A stretch of 64,000 nucleotides of DNA. Source: a virus (Duplodnaviria; Caudoviricetes). Where the stretch lies: the IMG/VR virus record IMGVR_UViG_3300016649_000355; one strand, given 5' to 3'. Positions 40,001 to 49,000 of the stretch are shown piece by piece. The notes beneath the pieces are model-generated. The model was not told the DNA's origin. It did not search any database and saw only the letters and a program-made list of their open reading frames with translations. The position numbers were made by a program, and so were the translations under genes. Position 1 is the stretch's first letter; every line of letters starts with the position of its first letter.

Positions 40001-43000
40001 ATACGGCACACAGGGATCTGTTGTGATTAGTGCCCCTGCAGGAACTAGATATGCTGGCACTACCTTTGATTTTACTGACGATGAAAACTTAGATAACGAC
40101 ACAGTATTCGATAATAATGCTACGCAATTTGTAGATGCTTATCCTAATGCAGGTGCGGTATATATGTTTGATTATTTGTCGAACTATAATGAGAATTTGT
40201 CTAATCCTGGAAAATATGTTTATGCACAAAGCGTAAACGCTAGAAATCAAACATATGGATTGCAACCATACTATGGACATGCACTTGATTTTTATGACAA
40301 CCACATTTTGATTGGTACTCCCGAATTCAATGAAGGAACAGATTACGGTCAAGTTGTTTCTTATGAATCCTTGACATCAGCTACGGATTGGGAAATTTAC
40401 AGGCAGTCATCAGCAATCGTTGATATACAAAAAATAAAAAATATACAACTGTTCAGTGCTGAAACCAACGAAACATTAGAACATTTAGACTATATCGACC
40501 CCTTGCAAGGAAAAATATTAGGATCAGTGAGGCAGAATATCGATGTAGTTTCAAATGTCGATCCAGCATACTATACAAATAGTGTTGACAGAAATATCGG
40601 AGTTATCTGGGGCAAGGATAAAGTTGGTCAAACATGGCTCAATACCTCTAATATGAAGTATGTAAATTATCATCAGGATAGTGTCGAATACAATTCAAAA
40701 TATTGGGGAACATTATTTCCTGGATCTGATCCTGCAGTATATACCTGGATAGAAAGCAATGTTACACCTGATCAATATGCTGGCCCGGGAACGCCCTATG
40801 ACATAACGAGCTATACGACAGGTTATGTAACTAACAACATTCAAACAGTTAGCCCTGTTTATTATTTCTGGGTAAGAAATACAAACACTGTTTATACCCT
40901 AGAAGGAAAAACTTTAGCCGATTCTATTTTAGAAAGTTATATATTAAATTCTAAAGCATCTGGAATCGCCTACTTTGCCCCATTACTACCTAATGTATTT
41001 GCCTTATATAATAGTCAATCCTATATAAATGCAAATGATAGCGTACTCCACATAGGTTATTCTACTGGATCAGGGAATGTAGAAACTCATAATCAATATA
41101 GTTTGATTCGTAGTAATTATGCAGACGATTTCTTACCGGGCTTACCTGGAGTAGGAAATGTTACGAGACCTGAATCGCTGTACGATAGAATGTTAGATAG
41201 TTTGAGCGGAGTAGATGAAGCCGGCAATGTTGTTCCAAATCCTTATCTACCTAAGGCCGTTCAATTGGGGGTGTTAGCAAGACCACGACAAAGCTTTTTC
41301 TTGAATAGATTTTTAGCATTAAAGAATTACTTTACCTTCGCTAATGACATTCTAGCTCAATATCCTATCACCGAGATCAGAGAAAATGCATCATTCTTGT
41401 TCGCTGAAGGGGAATTTTTTAACACACCCGACTACTGGGAATATATCAATTACTGGGCTACAGGGTATGATAACAATACTAAATCAGCATTGCAAGTACA
41501 AATTTATGCAGACCTATTAACATTATCAGTTGCAGAAGGAACTATTGTAAGAGTAGCTCAGAATGGCGATGGCAAAGCAGAAACATACATCTATCAAGAG
41601 TCAATATGGATAAGGATAGGTCTTGAAAATGGAACAATAAGGCTTAAAGATTCATTGTGGGACTATGCAGCAGCACGAACAGGCTACGGAGATAACTTTT
41701 TTGACACCGATGTATTTGATTTTTATCCAAGTGAAGAAACCAGATATATTATCCGCGCGCTAAATGAACAAATTTATATCGATGAATTAGCATTATTTAG
41801 AAATACCAGTTTGATATTATTGTTTGAATATATTCAAAGTGAAACCACAGAAAGTCAAAATTATCTGCCGTGGTTGAACAAAACCTCATTGATCGATGTA
41901 TCTCACACAATCAGAGAATTATTACCATTAGAAGTATTTCAGTCTGATAATCAAGACTTTCTGTCAGGATATCTCAATGAAATTAAACCATATCATGTTG
42001 TAATAAAAGATTTCTTGTTTAAATATACCGGCGAAAATGTTTTTGAGGGTGACATAACTGATTTTGATTTACCTGCTCAATTTAATTTCAACCAAAACCA
42101 ATTTATAACTCCACAATTAGTTTATAGCAATCCAAACGGGATCAATCAATATACTCCAGATTCTACCATATGGCAAGAAAGTGCATACAAATCTTGGTTT
42201 GAAAATTATGGGGTCAGCATCACAGGTCAAGATGATGTGTTGATGACCACTCTAGCATCTTATCTGACATTAAATAGCACAGCATTCGTGGTGGATAACG
42301 CAAATGGTTTCCCGATAAACGGTGTGATAAGAATTGGCACAGAAGAAATTGGATATAGCAGTGTCGATAGAAATTTAAATGTATTGACTGGATTAACCAG
42401 AGGAGTTAATGGAACAACTGTTTCTACTCACCTTCCGGGCGAACAAATTTATATGGATCTGCCTGCGGTAACAGTATTGAATGGCGGTCGCGGGTATTCA
42501 GAGCCGCCAAAAGTAACCGCATACATAGATACTTCGATATATCCTGAGCCTAGAGACCCTGCAATTTTACAAGCAAATATGGATCTAGATACAGTATTGA
42601 GCGTCACTGTTATAGATCCGGGGTCAGGGTATGCTGTGTTACCCGAGATAAGGATAGATCCTTCTATCTCGATAATTTTTGCTAGCACCGAAGTAAGCAC
42701 AGTTACTAACACGATCACCCTTTATGCTCCATTATTACAAACAGGTGATTTAGTAAAATACATTGCAGGGGAAGATTCAACAACAATAGGTGGTTTAGAA
42801 AATAACCAATGGTATTATATTAATGTATTAGAAACTGTTCCCACTGTTTCTATTGCGCTTTACACCAACTACTCTGGTGCGATAAATGATGAAGATAGGG
42901 TTACATTCTATACTTCAGGTACAGGATCAAATCATAAGATTGAAGTAGGAGCAAGGGCAACATCTATCACTTCTGCTGCGCCAATAAGAGAAAATAATAT

Positions 43001-46000
43001 AGCCCTGAAATTTGATAGGACCACATATACTTCTCAGGTCACCGACTGGGAAGCAGGAAGATTTTACGGAGCTTTTTATGCAGGTGCCTACACAAGCGAA
43101 GATTTATCTAGCTCGTCCGTGCAATTATACAGCGAATATCCACCAATTGACAACATACTGGCAAGTAATCAAGGATTGGTATTAGAAATAACCGATGTAG
43201 AAAATGATCAAACATTAACATGGTCATCCTTTGTTCGTTCAGTAGAACAAACTATCGGGGGAGCGTCTGATATAATAAGACTAGAATATGATTCCACCGA
43301 ACCAAATGCATCGGGGTCTACAATTGGTTTTTATGTTGGAATGCCTATCAAGTTTGTAGGCGCGGTAGTAGGTACGAATATAATAGATAGCCAAACATAT
43401 TATGTTCATACTATAGTGAACGACAGTGATTTTAAGATCAGTAGTTCTGTTAGCGGATCCGTACTCAACCTCAACTCAGTAACTATAGGGGCAGCAGGAT
43501 TATCATGCTATGTAGGTGAAGTCACGAATGTCGCGGTGATCACTGCTAATTACCCCGGCATAATGTCTGCTACTGCCACATCTTCTTTAAATAATGCGAT
43601 CACTATACCAAAATCAGTAGTGGGAACAGGCGGCACAATAGGTTTTTACACAAATCTCCCTGTATTTTTTACCAATACTGTGTTCGGTGGTATCATACAA
43701 AACGAGATTTATTATGTAACTACCGTTATCGATGGCGAAACATTTACATTATCGGAAACTCAAAATCCGTTAATATTAACAGTCACTAATACCACATCAT
43801 CAACAAATGTCGTGACAGTATCATCTACAGAAAATCTTTCTATAAATGAACCGTTGATATTTACAGGAACAACATTTGGTGGAATCACGGCAGGAACATT
43901 ATACTATATCAATAGTATTGAAAGTTCGACTACATTTAAGATATCAACAGAATTTAATGGACCTGTGTTGACACTAACAACTGCATCAGGTACTTGCATA
44001 TTGACTAGTCAGGCTGATGTTGTGCAATTAACAACTGCTACCGGCAACATGACAATCAATGTTAATCTTCCTGTAAGTCCAGGCCAAGTAAATGGACAAG
44101 AATTTACTTTATATCAGACATCAGAAGAATATCCCGGCGTCACGGGCGCCGAAAGTAATCTGATCGAAAGAATCATCGAAGTGGCTATCGGTTCCGGGGT
44201 AAATATATTACCAATTAAAACATCAAGTGGAGCACTAACAAATGTTTATGTAAATATGCCTGTAAGATTTTCTGCTGCACTGGGAGGTTTATCGGCTGCT
44301 ACAACTTATTATGTTAAAACGACTGGTACTATTGAAGTAGAAGTAACAAATACTTCAAGTTCAACGAATCGGTTGACTACTCTAAGTACAGCCGAATTAT
44401 ATGTTGGGATGTCAATCATATTCTCGGGTAATGTGTTTGGAAATATTTCTGAAAATACTCAATATTATGTATTAAGCATCGTTAATGCTACACAGTTTAC
44501 CATTTCTACATCAATATCCGGTTCAGCATTAATATTGACTACCAGTTCAGGTTCAATGACTGGTACAGGAGAAACATATATTCAAGTTTCAGCGACACTA
44601 GGCGGATCAGTTTTCGCGCTTAGTGCAGGTAGAAACTATGGTCCAATCACCGCCACGCAATATCCTAACCCTACAGGCACCGATGATCCTGAATTTGCTG
44701 TAAGGTATATATTAGGGGGGTATAGCGTGATCATCACCAATGATAGTTCTGGTTACGCTACAACGAACACTATCACGATCCCGGGCACATCGTTGGGTGG
44801 ATTGACCCCAGATAACGATCTCACATTGACTGTTAGTGATATAGGTAATAATGGTGAAATAGAATCACTGATCGCTTCAGGTAATCCAGCCGGTATAGCA
44901 AAACAATATTATCTAAAAGTTATATCTCCCAATCAATTTGAAGTTTACTCAAATCAATTAATGACAGTTCCGGTAACTGGTATAGGATTCAACTATCAAG
45001 GATATAAGACAACAACTGTTTTAGAAACACAGTCTGCCACTGATATAATTACTGTGGATAGTACTACAGATTTTGAAGTGAATGACGCAGTGGTATTCAG
45101 TGGGAATGTGACAGGAGGAATCACCCCATATCAAACATATTATATTCTTGATAATGTTAATTTTACCCCTACTACTTTTCAAATTAGTACTGTCCCCGGC
45201 GGAAGTGTATTTGGATTATCAACTGCTTTATCGCAGAATTATACTATGGCAAAAGCTGGCAGTTATGCATATCTACCCGAACCCTTCTATTTCAATCAAA
45301 GTATCGTTAAGTATAACAACAGGGTATATGTCTGTATCATCTCAAATAATGACGACGAATTTATTTTTGGTAAATGGGAATTATTAAGTCCCGGAGATAG
45401 AAGATTAAATGCATTAGATAGAATTGTTGGTTATTATCAACCCACTGTAAATATGCCGGGCTTAGATTTGACACAACTGGTAAATGGAATTTCTTACCCT
45501 AATCCAATTTATCTAGACAATCCTTTCGAACCCGACCAGCAATTTACATATGACACTCTACTATCAGATCAAGAATTTTATCCAACCGAGATCGACATAA
45601 AAGGTATTGTTTATGATGGGTCAAATTACTTAGGTCCATCAGATAGCCCAGAGTATTCAGCAATAGTTTCAAGCCCAACTACACAGTCGTGGAGCATAAA
45701 CACCTTGTCTAATCAAGTGTTAAATGCTACAGATATTATCTATGCAAATGGATTATATGTGATCACTACGAACAATAGTGCAACACCTATTTATCGTAGT
45801 AATAACGGAATAAGTTGGACCACTAATGGTCAGTTCACTCCTTATGGGTACAGTGGATATGATGATTTACCCTACGATGTCACTTCATTAAGTGTTTCGT
45901 CACTTTCTCTCAATAGTGTTGCATATGGGTCGAACAAATTTATTGCTGTTGGAGAAAATATTATTTCTTCTACTGATACCTATTCATGGACAGAAAGATA

Positions 46001-49000
46001 TGAATTTACTGATGGATTATTGAACCAATTAAATGGTGTAACTTACGCAAATACAGGTAGCTTTTCTGGATTTGTCGCAGTAGGATCAAGCCAAGAGTAC
46101 GATTATTCGTCTGGATTAACTCAAATAGTCGATAGAAATGCAATATTGATCAGTAGCACCGGTGACACATGGAACAAACTTTCTAGTATTTCACCACAAA
46201 CTTTTTATACCGTAACTTTTGGTAACGGAATTTTGCTTGCAGCAGGAGAAAACAATGTAAAATACTATAGCCAAAACGGAACAACTTGGTTCGGCATTAA
46301 TCAAACTGAAGTTTTAAGTGTAAATACCGCAACAAATGTTATAGTTGTAACATCTACTATTGGTTTTTCAGTCAATGATCCTATAAGAATTACTTCAGCC
46401 TTTAGCAATTTAAGTGTAGGCACAACATATTATATCCAAGCAGTAGTTAATTCTACTCAGCTCCGTGTATCATCTAGTTCAGGTGGTTCAGCAATAACTC
46501 TGGCAGTTGGCGATCCGTCGACAAGAACATGGGTAAATGCGTATCCTATGGGCGAGACACTAAAAGATTTAATTTATGCGAATTCGATCTTCATGGCAGT
46601 GGGACAAAATGGATTTATAGAAACTAGCCCAGATGGTATATTTTGGACATCGCAAACTAGCGGTGTAGCTGAAAATCTTAATGCCATAACCTACAACTCC
46701 GCAGAGTCTTTATTTGTTGTTGTTGGAGACAACAACACTATCATTCAAAGTTCTGATAACGGAGTGACCTGGACAAGTAGTTCAGTGTTTGTTCAAGATC
46801 CCACAGTATATGATGTAGTTGGAAATCCATTTCAATCAGGATATGGCCCAGAGGAATTAGTGCCAGGATTTGTATCAGACAATTTGACTATGATCGTGAA
46901 TACGAGACCGGGAACGAATTGGGATGTGACTGAGTATGCGCATGTAGGTTATAAAGTTTTTTCACTAGAACTGATTCCTTTAGATGCTATTCAAACTGTT
47001 TATAGTTTTGCAGGATATGTACAAACTCCTGCACTAATATATGTGGCAATCATCGACGGTACAACTATGTTGAGCAATTCAATATATGAGCCCCAATACA
47101 CTATAGATTGGATAAATTTCACTATCACCTTAAATTCGCCTCTGACATTTACGCCTGTTACTGATAAATTAAGAATTGACATTTATGAGGTTGGTAATGG
47201 CGATCAGTTAGTAAAGTCTAACAGTGAGACTGACCCGCTACGATACAACAGTGTGACCGGATTTACAGAAATTTATTTAAATTGTAATTATAGCGATACT
47301 ATTTTTAACGGCGGCGGCGCGATTCGTCCGGGAACTGAGCCTAGATATGTAAATGCAATACAAACAGATTCAATTGATGATACAATTTTGTGTGATTCAG
47401 TGGATAGTTTCTTATTAAATTCTGCTATAAAATTTCAAGGAAATGTTTTCGGGGGACTACAAGAAGATACAACATATTATGTAAAAACTATTAGCACATT
47501 TACCAATAAGATCACCGTATCTACTAGTTACAATATCGGATCAGGAACAGCGGGTCCAACATATCAAGTAACAACTAACAGTGGCTCTATGACAGCGGTA
47601 ATTCAAACTGGATCAGGTCTAGTATGGTCAGACCCCTTTGTGTACCATAATGGCAACAAATTAGTATGGGGTATTACTGGTACAGTAACAAGGACAAAAA
47701 ATACCAACAACAGGCTCACTGTTAATACTACTTCTGGTTTAGCAGCGAATGATCCAATAACATTCTCTTCAAATATATTTGGTGGTATAAGCCCTAATGT
47801 TACTTACTATATCAGCCAGGTAATCGATAATAACGAAATTACTATCTCTACCTCCCCCGGCGGGGCAGAGGTCGTATTAACCGCTGCCACCGGTAGCGCA
47901 CAGTTTATAACAAATGATTTTGCTATAGGAATACAACCTAACAGTGTCCAGGCAAAATTGATATTCGTGGATAGTTATGTACAAGGGACTGACTATTTGG
48001 TATACTCGATATTCGGAGAGACGACTCCTGATCAATATGGATATACTATTCCAACCGCTCAACTAATCGCTTCTACGGGAAGTAACACTTATGCTTTAAC
48101 CAATTATCTGGGTGGTGCTAATGAATATAATGCAATAGTAGAAGTCGATGGAATAAGACAAACTATATCACAGTATGACATTAATGTAAACAACAGCAAT
48201 ATTACTTTTGTATCACCGCCCCCGGCAAACTCTATAATAACAGTAACAACCTATAATCTAACTGATAGACAATACCTAAATACTCAATATGGAATCACAG
48301 GATCACCTGGGGCAGCATCGTTGACATTGAATATAGGAAATTCTGTGCATGAACCGGGTTATGATACTTTGGTAACGGCGGGGTTTTTTATTATAGGAAC
48401 AGAGTATATCATAGAAACGATCGGAACCACAGACTTTACTTTGATCGGCGCAGCAAGTAATACAGTTGGTATAGCATTTGTTGCTACTGGGGCAGGTACA
48501 GGTACAGGTACAGCAGCAATTGGTTGGTCTAGTGGCGTGATAACTACTGCTGGATCATTTACAATAGGTGGTAATTATGAGATATTGACAGTAGGTACTA
48601 CAGATTTTACTCTGATAGGTTCTCCTGATAACAACATAGGTACAATGTTTACAGCTACCGGAGTAGGTTCGGGAACAGGAACAGCAGGTACTGGGCTATT
48701 TGGGCCGGGGCCCGACTATCTTGAATTGTCTTCAGGTAATACCAGTAATTTGAATATCAATGATACTATTACATTCTCGTCACCCACGATAGGTGGACTA
48801 GTAGCCGGAGTTACATATTATGTTGTAGAAATTATAGACTCTACTAAATTTGCGATTTCGACACTAGTAGGCGGTGATCCTATTACATTGACGACTGAAT
48901 CGGGCGCGATGACGGGGTCTACTAACCCATTAAGTGTCTCTGATGTTTCTGGGGTAAACAATACAATCACTCCGCCACTGGATGTAGTTAGTGTCACTGC

